Shown: positions 40,869-50,139, counted from the first letter of the stretch. The stretch: 50,139 nucleotides of DNA from Promethearchaeota archaeon (GCA_048941285.1 JBHLNS010000023.1:1-50139); one strand, 5' to 3'. Notes: generated by a model not told the origin, from the sequence alone. Numbers and translations are program-made.

Positions 40869-43214
40869 TTATTGGTCATTTTTATACTTATAACGACCTA
40901 TTTTATAGATTTCTTGAGCAATTTTTTTTCCAATATTATCTATTTTTGTCAAATCGGGAATATCTGCTAGGAAAACCTTTTGTAAAGTTTTTAATTCTTT
41001 CAATAAATTTTTTGCCCGGAGAGTGTTTACACCAGGTATTCCCGCGACAATATATTCTAATAAACGTGATGTTTCAATGGGAGCTTTTTCAAATCTTAAT
41101 TTAGGTGAAGATGATGTAATGGATTGTTCTTTCTTTGCTAATTGATATAAAAATTGAGCTGTCTCAATAACGCTTTCGGTCTTATAGATTGAAATTCCCA
41201 AATTAAGAATAATTGAAATAATTGCGCCATAGAGTGCATTTTCACTTATATTTGAATGTTCAAATGGATTTCCCTCTAAAATCAAAATTGGTCGTGTAAA
41301 CTTCTCTCCTAGTTCACTCAATTCAGTGAATAATCTACCATCGATGATAGAATCATTAAAATCTTTCGCAGATTTTCTTTCAATTCCCACTCTTTCTGAA
41401 ATAACATAATCTGCCACCATTAATTTTTCTAACTTAATTTTAACACCCATTAATGAAAGAGTTCTTACAACTGGAGATGCAGTCTCTCGCGTATCGCAAA
41501 GAATCTCAAAATTATCTGCATTTTCAATTTGCTCAATTGAACTTAGATCAGGATCCTCTTTATGTTTTAAATCGCTTTCTTCACTTTTTTCAGAGGAAAT
41601 AAAATTAAAAAGATCCGATTGCCCTAATTTTGACTTAGACTCTGAGTTTTTCATTTTATCTAAACTTACTTTCATACTTTTTTCTTTAGATTTTTCTGCC
41701 CAATAATAACCTTCATCTCTAGTACCTTCCGCCATTAACACAAAAACTTTTCCTTCTTTTTTTCTACCAGTACGTCCACGACGCTGAATAGAACGAATCG
41801 CACTAGGAACAACATCATAAAAGATTACTAGATCGCACTCTTCAATATCTAAACCCTCTTCAGCAACACTCGTTCCAACTAATGTATTGTAAATTCCCTC
41901 TTTAAATTCACTCAGTAGATTTATTTGCTCTTTTTGAGTTAAACCTTTATCCAATCCTCTTGTAGCTTGCCCTACAAACTTATGAATTCTAATTATTTCA
42001 TCTTCTTTAAATAACCTTACTATATTATTAACGGAATCCCGAAAATGACAAAAAACAAGTATTCGAGAATTTGGATTTGTTTTTATCTGATCAGTTAGAA
42101 TTTCCTTTAACTTTTCTATTTTTGGATGTACAATTCCTTTAGAGTAGAGTATATTTGTTAAATCTTTAGCTTGTTTAAACTCTTTATCATAAAATAGTTC
42201 TTTTAAAGATTTATTAGCGGTATTTTTCTTAATTTTCTCCTCATTTTTTTCAAAATAATCCTTAAGAGCACTTACACCCTGAGTTTCTATTAACTCAGTC
42301 ATATGAGATAATCTAATCGCATTAGCAGTGACTTTTTTTGCATTAAACATCTGAAATTTTTCATCATTTGCTCTCGCTGTAGAAATTCTTCGATTAATTA
42401 AAATGTTTAATTTTAATAAATCCTTCCTAGTAATTTTGTTGATATCATAAGAGCCAAGTAAATCATTTTCCTTCAATATCTTATAACACGCCTTTAATTT
42501 CTGTTCAAGAATCTTTTTAACTTCTAAAAATTCACTTGGGAGCTTAATTTTTATCCATTCATTATCTACTTTATGAATATATGGTTTAACATCGGAATCT
42601 TTTTCTGTTCGAATTTCAATATGGTTAATATACAAATTCTGTTTAATCTCATTAATCTTACCTTCAGTTGAGCCCGGACTTGCTGTAAGACCTAAAATTT
42701 GAGCGTGATTCGACATATCCATGTATTTTTTGGCTAAAAAACAATAAGCGTAATCTCCTACTGCTCTGTGACACTCATCAAAAATCAATAATGAAACATC
42801 TTTAATTGAATATAATCCAGAAATAAGGTCATTTTGGAGAACTTGAGGTGTCATAAAAGCAATTTTTATATTATCCCATAACACTTCCCTTTTTTCAGGT
42901 GAGATTGCTCCTGTAAGAGAAATAAGTGTTTCTTCCGGAAGAGTAGTTAACTTTAAAAATGAATTATAGTGTTGTTCCACTAGCGGTTTTGTAGGCGCTA
43001 AAAGAATTACTTTTGAATTATTAATTTCTGTTAATCTTTGTACAGCAAGCATTAGAGCTATAATAGTTTTACCTAAACCTGTTGGTATAACAACCAAACA
43101 GTTTCTATTTAAACAATTTATAAAAATACTCTCTTGATATTCTCGTCGAGATACAAAGTTTTCTTTAATTAATGGATGAGAAATATACTCTTCATTTGCA
43201 GTTACTAAAATCAC
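40869..43214 (-). CDS. hef: Hef helicase-associated endonuclease (FANCM/XPF-like)
   Basis: PTGLGKT, DECH, TASPG, EEGLDI, QRRGRTGR; ERKSAKD nuclease motif; C-terminal HhH2. Confidence 0.96.
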   Translation of the reverse strand: MILVTANEEYISHPLIKENFVSRREYQESIFINCLNRNCLVVIPTGLGKTIIALMLAVQRLTEINNSKVILLAPTKPLVEQHYNSFLKLTTLPEETLISLTGAISPEKREVLWDNIKIAFMTPQVLQNDLISGLYSIKDVSLLIFDECHRAVGDYAYCFLAKKYMDMSNHAQILGLTASPGSTEGKINEIKQNLYINHIEIRTEKDSDVKPYIHKVDNEWIKIKLPSEFLEVKKILEQKLKACYKILKENDLLGSYDINKITRKDLLKLNILINRRISTARANDEKFQMFNAKKVTANAIRLSHMTELIETQGVSALKDYFEKNEEKIKKNTANKSLKELFYDKEFKQAKDLTNILYSKGIVHPKIEKLKEILTDQIKTNPNSRILVFCHFRDSVNNIVRLFKEDEIIRIHKFVGQATRGLDKGLTQKEQINLLSEFKEGIYNTLVGTSVAEEGLDIEECDLVIFYDVVPSAIRSIQRRGRTGRKKEGKVFVLMAEGTRDEGYYWAEKSKEKSMKVSLDKMKNSESKSKLGQSDLFNFISSEKSEESDLKHKEDPDLSSIEQIENADNFEILCDTRETASPVVRTLSLMGVKIKLEKLMVADYVISERVGIERKSAKDFNDSIIDGRLFTELSELGEKFTRPILILEGNPFEHSNISENALYGAIISIILNLGISIYKTESVIETAQFLYQLAKKEQSITSSSPKLRFEKAPIETSRLLEYIVAGIPGVNTLRAKNLLKELKTLQKVFLADIPDLTKIDNIGKKIAQEIYKIGRYKYKNDQ

Positions 43215-43405
43215 CAGTAAATTGGGGATAATTCTAGCTATTGAAGATAAAATTTAATTGTAATATTTAAACTAACGGACTTTATAAGATCATTAAAAAA
43301 TACTTAAATTCTTAAATCGAATTAACAATAATTTAATAATTTGAATTAATTAAAGAGTAAAGAAACATTTAATTCGTATGACTGACTAATTTTAAATAAA
43401 AGAAA

Positions 43406-43509
43406 GCGCGGGTGGTCTAGTGGTATGACGACATTTATTTTGCCTATCGCATATAAAGCGTTAAACGCTCACACCGTGTAAATCAGGGGTTCAATTCCCC
43501 TCCCGCGCA
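43406..43509 (+). tRNA. tRNA-Val(CAC), intron-containing, CCA not encoded
   Basis: Acceptor GCGCGGG/CCCGCGC + A73; D-arm GTCT-AGTGGTA-TGAC; T-arm AGGGG-TTCAATT-CCCCT; after intron removal the anticodon stem is ACACG/CGTGT with loop CTCACAC (anticodon 43470-43472). Confidence 0.9.
43433..43464 (+). other. 32-nt tRNA intron at position 28/29 (29/30 gives the same spliced product)
   Basis: Central helix GACG(43427-30)/CGTT(43459-62) with 3-nt bulges ACA and AAA; cutting after the second nt of each bulge restores the stem. Confidence 0.8.
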
Positions 43510-43622
43510 TTATTAAATCTATTATTCATTATATATATACTAAAATCTTGATTAAAACCAAAAAAGTTATATGAAATTATGCATTTTCACAAGTTAAATT
43601 ACTCTTTTTTTCGGGTTTAATT

Positions 43623-43925
43623 ATGTCTAGTTTTTTGGAATCTAGAGAGCTAAGAAAGCAATATAAGAAAGTTAGAGATTATGTTAAGATCGGACCAATT
43701 TTTCTCACTAGGTATGAAAAAGCCAGAATCGTCGGAGCTCGGGCTTTACAGATATCCTTCGGCGCCCCTATCCTTGTAGAGAAGCCTAAGAACATGATTG
43801 ACCCTATTAAAATAGCCCAGTTAGAACTTAGATCAAGAATCTTGCCACTTACTATCAGACGTGAGAATCCCAGTGAAGAATATCAAGATATACCTATAAA
43901 TAAGTTGATATTAAAAAAGGATTAA
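43623..43925 (+). CDS. rpoK: RNA polymerase subunit Rpo6 (K/omega)
   Basis: [24 protein letters not shown]...LPLTIRR. Confidence 0.97.
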   Translation: MSSFLESRELRKQYKKVRDYVKIGPIFLTRYEKARIVGARALQISFGAPILVEKPKNMIDPIKIAQLELRSRILPLTIRRENPSEEYQDIPINKLILKKD

Positions 43926-43940
43926 AACTAAATTCTGTGT

Positions 43941-44399
43941 TTATTGAACACGATATTTTCCACGTTCAGTTAAAAAATAGACTGATTTATCTCCTACCAT
44001 TTCGGATTCTAAATATCCTTTCTCCAATAATTTGTCAAGAATTTTTTCTAATTCTCCCCTATTAAAACCAGGGATTCCTAATGGTATCCTTGATTGGTTA
44101 GCAATTATCGCAATTCTTTCCAAAAATAATCTTTTCCCCATAAATGTTTCAAGGATAGTAATTTCATCATTTGATAATCTCTCAAATTGATCATGTTCCA
44201 GATAGCGTTCTTTCAGGGTTTGGGCTAGGTCTCTAGCCTCTGGACTAATTTTCTGTTTCTTAATTTCAACATGTTTTAATGTAACTAGATCCTTTGCAAC
44301 GATTTTTTTTTTATCTTCACTTATTTTTTCTTTATAAACTTTATGTTGTTCTTTTTCCTCGTTTTCTTCTTCAGCAGGCTGATCATTTTTATTTTCCAT
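43941..44399 (-). CDS. Hypothetical protein, charged N-terminus and C-terminal winged-helix-like region
   Basis: ELEKILDKLLEKGYLE...VYFLTERG. Confidence 0.65.
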   Translation of the reverse strand: MENKNDQPAEEENEEKEQHKVYKEKISEDKKKIVAKDLVTLKHVEIKKQKISPEARDLAQTLKERYLEHDQFERLSNDEITILETFMGKRLFLERIAIIANQSRIPLGIPGFNRGELEKILDKLLEKGYLESEMVGDKSVYFLTERGKYRVQ

Positions 44400-44444
44400 A
44401 TTATTACCATAAGGAATTTAATTATAAAAATTTATATTTAAATA

Positions 44445-45011
44445 ATGAAAAAGGTCCTAGAATTAAAAACGGGAGAAACAATAATTATTAGACATTTAAT
44501 TAAATCCGACATCAATGGTGTTTGGAATAATTTTAATGAAGTTATTGATGAAGGCTTATACCTACCTGTATTTTTCCCAGTGAGATCTCAATTAGAGAAA
44601 GATTCATGGTATCATAATATCAAAAAAGAGAAAGAAATTTGTATAGTTGCAGATAATCCAGATCTTAAACCCCCCTACAATATTATAGGTCAATGTGAAA
44701 TTTCTAATTCTAATTGGGATGCTGCTGCGCATGTAGGTACTTTAGGGATAATTGTAAAACAAAAATATCGAAATTTGACTATTGGAAGAAATCTTATTGA
44801 TATTGCCATTCGAGAATCCAAAAGACTCAATAATAAAGAAAAAATTCTCTTAAGTAGTTTTTCAACCAACGAGAGAGCTATTCATGTATTTACAACATTA
44901 GGGTTTAAAGTTATTGGTGTAAGAAAAAAGCAATTTTTAATGGATTCAAACTATATTGATGAAGTTTTGATGGAACTATGGATTGATAATTATATAAATC
45001 AAAATCATTAA
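44445..45011 (+). CDS. GNAT-family N-acetyltransferase
   Basis: HVGTLGIIV...YRNLTIGRNL, N.RAI.VF..LGF..IG.R..Q, YIDEVLM. Confidence 0.88.
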   Translation: MKKVLELKTGETIIIRHLIKSDINGVWNNFNEVIDEGLYLPVFFPVRSQLEKDSWYHNIKKEKEICIVADNPDLKPPYNIIGQCEISNSNWDAAAHVGTLGIIVKQKYRNLTIGRNLIDIAIRESKRLNNKEKILLSSFSTNERAIHVFTTLGFKVIGVRKKQFLMDSNYIDEVLMELWIDNYINQNH

Positions 45012-45140
45012 TAATTAATAATCTCATTTTACCCACTCAAAATTGAGACATAATTGTTAGAAAAATTTGTATAGAAATCTATTAATAACTATATTCTATT
45101 ACTTTCATTTAATCAGAATATTATTCATAATTATCAAATT

Positions 45141-45749
45141 ATGTTAAAATACAAAATTTGTGTAGCAGGTTCCAAGGGTGTTGGAAAATCCTCACTTATA
45201 ACTAGATATGTAGATGACACATTTAATGAGAAATCAATGAAAACGATTGGAGTATCTTTTAAAAGAAAGGAGATTAAGATAAAGGAAAATTTAAGTATTG
45301 AATTGAATATCTGGGATTTTGGAGGTGAAGAAAAATATCGGATTCTGTTTCCTGCTTATGTAAATGGTGCTGCAGCTGCTTTATTACTCTATGATACCAC
45401 TGATAAGAATTCTTTAGATGATATTAAGAATTGGGTTCAAATTATTGACGATAGTTCTAAAGAAATCATCAAGATAACAATTGGTACGAAAACAGACTTA
45501 AAGGAACAACGAGAAATTTCTAAAGCTGATGCTGTTAAAATTAGTGCTAAATTCAACTGTTATGGAGACCCTATTGGCACCTCATCAAAAACTGGTGAAA
45601 ATGTCCGAAAAGCATTTCACAACGTTGTAGAAGCAATTATAGAAAAAAAATTGCATGAATGCAAAAGTTGTGGAGAATTTTTTTCTAAAAAATTAAAATA
45701 TTGCAATTTTTGTGGAAAAGAAATTACAATTAGTTCCGTCATATCTTAA
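45141..45749 (+). CDS. Rab/Ras-like small GTPase with C-terminal Zn ribbon (paralog of 40150..40734)
   Basis: G1 GSKGVGKSS, TIGVSF, WDFGGE, TKTD, TSSK; CKSCG...CNFCG. Confidence 0.93.
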   Translation: MLKYKICVAGSKGVGKSSLITRYVDDTFNEKSMKTIGVSFKRKEIKIKENLSIELNIWDFGGEEKYRILFPAYVNGAAAALLLYDTTDKNSLDDIKNWVQIIDDSSKEIIKITIGTKTDLKEQREISKADAVKISAKFNCYGDPIGTSSKTGENVRKAFHNVVEAIIEKKLHECKSCGEFFSKKLKYCNFCGKEITISSVIS

Positions 45750-45754
45750 ATAAG

Positions 45755-46585
45755 TTATAAATCCTCTTTCTCTCTCCTATAGAGTGATGGTGGAATTCTC
45801 GCACTTTCTAACGGTTTACTTTTAAGCTTTTGAACAAATACTTGAAGCTCCATCTTAGCATTTTCAATTGACGATTCGATTTCTTTCTTAACATTCTCTT
45901 CACCAAGAACAAAATCTCCATGGCTCGGAAAAAAACTGTTAATTCTCAATGTATTTAAAATGTGTAAGGAGTTAATATATTCAGAAATTGAACCAGACTC
46001 ATAAATATTAGTAATAGCTCCCTTATACAACGTATCACCTGTAAAGATATATTGCTTAACTGGTTCATAAAGACAAATACACCCTGATGTATGACCTGGA
46101 GTTTCCACAATTTTCAAAACCACATTTCCTAAATCAATGATATTTCTATCTTCAAGCCAGATATTAATCTTCAAATTAGATAAATCTACACCCCATTTTT
46201 TGCCCTTTGTTATCAACTCATCAGTGTGTTGGATTTTTGTGGCAGCCCACCTATGTGCGGCAAATGGGCATTGAAGATAAGCATTAGAACTAATATGATC
46301 AAAATGTTCATGAGTATTGACTACTAAATTTATATCTTCAATTTTTAACCCTACCTCTGTTGTAAGCAGATAATTAAGACTATTAAATTTAGTGATAATC
46401 CCTGTATCTATTAGTAAATTTAAATTTTCTCCAATAATTAGATAAACATGACAACCAGGTCCTCTTGTATGAAATTGATATACATTAGGTTTTATAAGGT
46501 TTAGGCTATACCCTGCTTTCCCATAAATATCATCCTCTTTAATTAAGCGTGGTGTAAATATCGCAGATTCTTTAATTCTGTCCAT
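45755..46585 (-). CDS. MBL-fold metallo-hydrolase
   Basis: LIDTG, THEHFDH, TPGHT, FTGDT, PSHG. Confidence 0.92.
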   Translation of the reverse strand: MDRIKESAIFTPRLIKEDDIYGKAGYSLNLIKPNVYQFHTRGPGCHVYLIIGENLNLLIDTGIITKFNSLNYLLTTEVGLKIEDINLVVNTHEHFDHISSNAYLQCPFAAHRWAATKIQHTDELITKGKKWGVDLSNLKINIWLEDRNIIDLGNVVLKIVETPGHTSGCICLYEPVKQYIFTGDTLYKGAITNIYESGSISEYINSLHILNTLRINSFFPSHGDFVLGEENVKKEIESSIENAKMELQVFVQKLKSKPLESARIPPSLYRREKEDL

Positions 46586-46664
46586 AGTAAATCACATTGA
46601 GCTAAAATAATACATTTTAAATATTATGTATGTTAAGAACAATAAAAATCAATCTATTTGAGAA

Positions 46665-48107
46665 TTATGGAAACTTTAACCTTCTGTGATATTCTTCTAG
46701 ACTCTTTTGATCTAAAGGATTTTCGTTTAAAAAAATGAAATTTAGATTTTGTAAATTCTCAATACTTTCTCTTCTAAATTCTGAAATGTTATTTCTTCCA
46801 AGATGTAACATAATAAGACTATGTAAACTGTCTAAATTGTTTACCTTTTCTAATTCATTATTATCTAAATATAACTCTTGTAAATCTGCTAGATTCTGAA
46901 AACCTTCAATTTTCCTGATTTTATTATTAGAAAGCTCTAACTTTTTTAACTTTAATAAATTTTCAAGAGATTCAATTCTTTCAATTAAATTATTTGAGAG
47001 ATATAATCCTTTTAAATTATCAAGATGTAATAATCCTTCAATTTTAGAAATTTGATTATTATTGAGATATAACCACATTAAATTTTTCAAATTTTGAAGT
47101 GCTGTTACTTTTTGAATTTTATTGAAAGAGAGGTTTAATCTATTTAATTTAACTATACGCTCAAGATTTTCTATTTGAGTAATCTGATTATGGCTCAAAT
47201 CTAAAGTTTCTAAATTAATTAAATTGTGTAAATTTTCGATTTTTTTTATAAAATTTTGACTCAATAAAAGCCTCTTTAGATTCTTTAAGGATTGAAGACC
47301 TTCAATTTTTTGGATTTGGTTATTTGATAAATTTAATTCCTCTAATTGATCTAATCCATCTAAATTCTCAATTTTTTCTAATCTATTATGCGATATATCC
47401 AAAGTATGTAATTTCTTTAAAATCTGAACACCATCCAGAGTTTCAAGATTGTTTCGATGTAAATGAAGGTGTTCTAAATCTTTCAAGCAATCTAATGATT
47501 TAATATCTGCAATTTTAGTTAAATTAGAACTCTCACAATTCAGATATATAATCTTCCCTTTCTTCAAGCTTACGTGATAACCACATTTGATCTTATAATA
47601 TTTACTTAAAATAACGTTTATACAGACATCTAGAAATAATTTAGGTATGGATTCGTCATAATTATAATTAAAAATTTCTCTTGGAAATTCTTTTTGTCTC
47701 AATTCAAAATCTTTTTTAATTACGTCTGTGAGATAATCTACTAATGCTTTATGGGCTCTATAATTTTCTATTGAATTTAAGACTCTAATAGCAAAGATTT
47801 GTTGTTCTATATTATCTAATTTCTTTAGTGCATAACTTAATAAAGGAATTAATTTCTTATTCTGCAAATATTTATTTTTTAATAGTTCCCCTGCTACTAA
47901 TCTTATTTTTGGATCTTCATCTGAAAGAAATAATTGCTCAAAAAATTTGAAACTCTTCCCATCATCAATTAAACCATAATTTATTAAAGCAATTTGGCGT
48001 AATTTCTGATCAGTTGAGCTATCAATCCACTCCTTTAGCAGAGCTAAGCCTTGCTTTTTTCCTATTTGATCTAAATGTTCTATAATATAATCTGGATCTA
48101 ATTCCAT
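46665..48107 (-). CDS. N-terminal HEAT-like + SDS22-type leucine-rich repeat protein
   Basis: LFLSDEDPKIRLVAGELL (HEAT-like), then about 12 22-aa repeats LxxLxxLxLsxNxIxkIe. Confidence 0.92.
   Translation of the reverse strand: MELDPDYIIEHLDQIGKKQGLALLKEWIDSSTDQKLRQIALINYGLIDDGKSFKFFEQLFLSDEDPKIRLVAGELLKNKYLQNKKLIPLLSYALKKLDNIEQQIFAIRVLNSIENYRAHKALVDYLTDVIKKDFELRQKEFPREIFNYNYDESIPKLFLDVCINVILSKYYKIKCGYHVSLKKGKIIYLNCESSNLTKIADIKSLDCLKDLEHLHLHRNNLETLDGVQILKKLHTLDISHNRLEKIENLDGLDQLEELNLSNNQIQKIEGLQSLKNLKRLLLSQNFIKKIENLHNLINLETLDLSHNQITQIENLERIVKLNRLNLSFNKIQKVTALQNLKNLMWLYLNNNQISKIEGLLHLDNLKGLYLSNNLIERIESLENLLKLKKLELSNNKIRKIEGFQNLADLQELYLDNNELEKVNNLDSLHSLIMLHLGRNNISEFRRESIENLQNLNFIFLNENPLDQKSLEEYHRRLKFP
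46710..47540 (-). repeat. Coding tandem LRR array (~66-nt period)
   Basis: Consecutive units such as LEELNLSNNQIQKIEGLQSLKN / LKRLLLSQNFIKKIENLHNLIN / LETLDLSHNQITQIENLERIVK; boundaries approximate. Confidence 0.85.
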
Positions 48108-48246
48108 TTTGAATTGGTAAAAATCCTAATTTTTTCAACAGTAGCTTAATTTATCACATATGATAGAATAAATTTTTTCACAATATTGATATATCTGTTT
48201 TAATCATACATTATAATTTAATCATTTCAAATTTAGATGAATAAAA

Positions 48247-48789
48247 ATGAAAAATCATGAGAATTTTATGGTTTATGAGCTCGATGATTCGGGAGAAAAG
48301 ATAAAAGTTGAACTAGCCGAAGAAAAACTCCAATCATTCTTGATATCTCATCCAGAGCAAGTATTTATAATTATTCGGGAAGATTTAAAAAGAATTTTCA
48401 TTTGGAAAGGACCAAAATCTTCAATTCGTAAAAGATTTATCAGTTCTAGAAGTACAATAGCTCTCCAAGAAGAACTTAGAATGGGATGTGGACTTCTTCC
48501 TTGCAAGATTATCTCAGTAGATGTTGGAGATGAACCTTTAGAATTTTTAACTGCCTTCCATTTTCCACCTGCAGGGAAAGCCTTAAGAAAAATCATAATT
48601 ATGATGGGAGAACTTAAAGAAGTAGAGATTATAAGAAAATATCTTCCAGATATCTTTCCTAAGGATCTACTAGAAAATTCTAAAATTGACGGGCTTCCAA
48701 CCTTTACTCCTTTGACTTTTGAATATTTTAAATCTTGTGGAATTTTAACTCGATTTCACAATGATAAAATAGTATTTTTTGAAGATTAA
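48247..48789 (+). CDS. Single gelsolin-like domain protein with unknown C-terminal region
   Basis: VFIII...RIFIWKGPKSS.RKRF...KIISVDVGDEPLEFL matches the gelsolin repeat pattern (IyiWxG, GxEPxxF); adjacent to actin. Confidence 0.78.
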   Translation: MKNHENFMVYELDDSGEKIKVELAEEKLQSFLISHPEQVFIIIREDLKRIFIWKGPKSSIRKRFISSRSTIALQEELRMGCGLLPCKIISVDVGDEPLEFLTAFHFPPAGKALRKIIIMMGELKEVEIIRKYLPDIFPKDLLENSKIDGLPTFTPLTFEYFKSCGILTRFHNDKIVFFED

Positions 48790-48928
48790 TGTTTTGTGCT
48801 TGGATCTAAAATGATTATTTCCAGATTAATTTCTTCGGAGGGCTTCCAACAATTTAGGATTTTATTTAACAATCCAAATGCCTCTCAAATTAAACAAAAA
48901 ATGTATCTCGAATTTGAGGAAATAACAA

Positions 48929-48950
48929 TAAAAAAAGAAAAATAAAAAAA
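48929..48950 (-). terminator. Oligo-T tract, probable archaeal terminator of the actin gene
   Basis: Long A-runs on + (T-runs on -) about 25 nt after the actin stop. Confidence 0.45.
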
Positions 48951-48975
48951 CTTAAAATATTAATTCCCGTTCGAT

Positions 48976-50121
48976 TTAGAAGCATCGATGAATAACTTGT
49001 GGGCCCATCTCTTTATATTCTCTGCGAGTCACCCACATTCGATGGAATGTCTTTAATGAACTCAAAATTGAGCCACCAATCCAGACAGAATACATACGTT
49101 CTGGAGGTGCGATGATCTTAACGTCTACGCTCTCTGGAATTTGCTCCTTTATCTCTTTCGTTAATCTTTCCTTAATTCCTGGAAACATTGTGGAACCACC
49201 AGAAAGTACAATATTACTATATAAATCTCTTCGAAGATCAACATCGCATTCTGAAATAGCACCAACGATAACATCATCAAGAGGCTCTAATTCCTTCCCT
49301 ATGACACTTGGGTTGAAGAAGCATTCAGGGGCTAAAAATCGCTCCACGCCGACATTGATGGTCTCACCGTCAGGAAGCATATAGCTTTTCTCCATTCCGG
49401 CGACTTTCTTACTTAACATCATCTCCTTCTCAGGATCAATAGCCACATAGCACAATTTCTCCTTTATATCTCTCACTATTTCTTTTTCTGCTGACGTAGT
49501 GAAAGAATATCCTTTTTGTCGAAGCAGTCTCTGTAAATAGGTTGTAATATCCCGGCCAGCAAGATCAATTCTTTGAATAGCGTGACTTAAAGCAAAACCC
49601 TCGAAAATTGGCACAACGTGGGAAACACCATCACCAATATCTATAACACATCCAGTAGTACGACCAGAAGCATAAAGACTCAATACTGCTTGCATAGCAA
49701 CGTAAAGTGCAGGAGTATTAAAAGTCTCAAACATGATTTCCGCCATTTTTTCACGATTTGGTCGTGGATTTAATGGTGCTTCTGTTAAAAGTACTGGATG
49801 TTCACTCGGATCAATTCTTAAGTCTGTGTAAAAAGTATAATGCCAGATTTTCTCCATAGCAGTCCAGTCTTCAATGATACCATGTTCAACAGGGAACATT
49901 AACTTTAAAACGCCTTTTAATTGCATAGCTTCCTCACCAATATAGTATTCCCGAGTATAATGCTCAACATCAGTCATGATGCTTTCATACTTGGGATATC
50001 CAATTAGTGTAGGGAAGACTGACCTTGGTTGATCTTCACCAGCAAATCCATTTTTGGAGATCCCGGTACCATTATCAACAACCAGGGCTTTTGCGTTCAA
50101 AAAGCTTTCTTCCTCTGCCAT
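48976..50121 (-). CDS. Asgard actin (Lokiactin-type)
   Basis: [99 protein letters not shown]. Confidence 0.98.
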   Translation of the reverse strand: MAEEESFLNAKALVVDNGTGISKNGFAGEDQPRSVFPTLIGYPKYESIMTDVEHYTREYYIGEEAMQLKGVLKLMFPVEHGIIEDWTAMEKIWHYTFYTDLRIDPSEHPVLLTEAPLNPRPNREKMAEIMFETFNTPALYVAMQAVLSLYASGRTTGCVIDIGDGVSHVVPIFEGFALSHAIQRIDLAGRDITTYLQRLLRQKGYSFTTSAEKEIVRDIKEKLCYVAIDPEKEMMLSKKVAGMEKSYMLPDGETINVGVERFLAPECFFNPSVIGKELEPLDDVIVGAISECDVDLRRDLYSNIVLSGGSTMFPGIKERLTKEIKEQIPESVDVKIIAPPERMYSVWIGGSILSSLKTFHRMWVTRREYKEMGPQVIHRCF

Positions 50122-50139
50122 ATTTCTAATTCAGCTCTT

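Noticed and set aside
43214-43620. Integrated element at the tRNA, or a CRISPR/IS element anywhere in the window
   Set aside because: No integrase or transposase, no duplicated tRNA 3' end and no repeat-spacer array seen; the tRNA is flanked by core genes hef and rpoK
44445-45011. GNAT as an actin N-terminal acetyltransferase
   Set aside because: Looks like a generic prokaryotic GNAT; proximity to actin is the only support
48691-48850. 11-nt direct repeat GGGCTTCCAAC at 48691 and 48840
   Set aside because: Only two copies, in different reading frames, with no flanking similarity or element structure
1479-49384. Short track ORFs overlapping larger genes (e.g. 1479..1712, 5354..5725, 6728..6931, 9823..10062, 11590..11778, 13184..13369, 15066..15404, 17829..18026, 18901..19089, 19521..19727, 21451..21645, 29533..29742, 35659..35910, 36163..36465, 37159..37380, 37525..37734, 40568..40783, 44294..44491, 48348..48596, 49112..49384)
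   Set aside because: Antisense or out-of-frame shadows of well-supported genes, with no motifs of their own

Overview
AT-rich, gene-dense archaeal chromosome segment, almost certainly from an Asgard archaeon of Lokiarchaeia type. The evidence is a eukaryote-like actin, a gelsolin-domain protein, a roadblock protein, two Rab/Ras-like GTPases and a HEAT+LRR protein alongside archaeal core genes (cdc48, fen1, nob1, aIF5A, srp54, hef, rpoK, dpo4, purB/purM, pyrC, nadC, tldD/pmbA). No mobile element or CRISPR array was seen. Main observations: (1) A ~12 kb uncharacterised carbohydrate/lipid-linked locus (15.2-27.4 kb). It holds a divergent FGGY kinase, a regulator, an SCP2 protein, a 2-hydroxyacid dehydrogenase::class II aldolase fusion, an AKR-like barrel, a catalytically dead DapA barrel fused to an APH-type kinase, a HAL2-like phosphatase, a second aldolase, an isomerase and a NikR-like regulator lacking Ni ligands. 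(2) Three genes whose reading frames and Shine-Dalgarno spacing point to ATC/ATT/ATA start codons. (3) A tRNA-Val(CAC) with a 32-nt intron at a non-canonical anticodon-stem position. (4) A eukaryotic-signature cluster (GTPases with Zn-ribbon tails, LRR, gelsolin, actin) in which the gelsolin frame stays open for 51 codons past its stop. All assignments come from motif recognition by eye; no searches were run.
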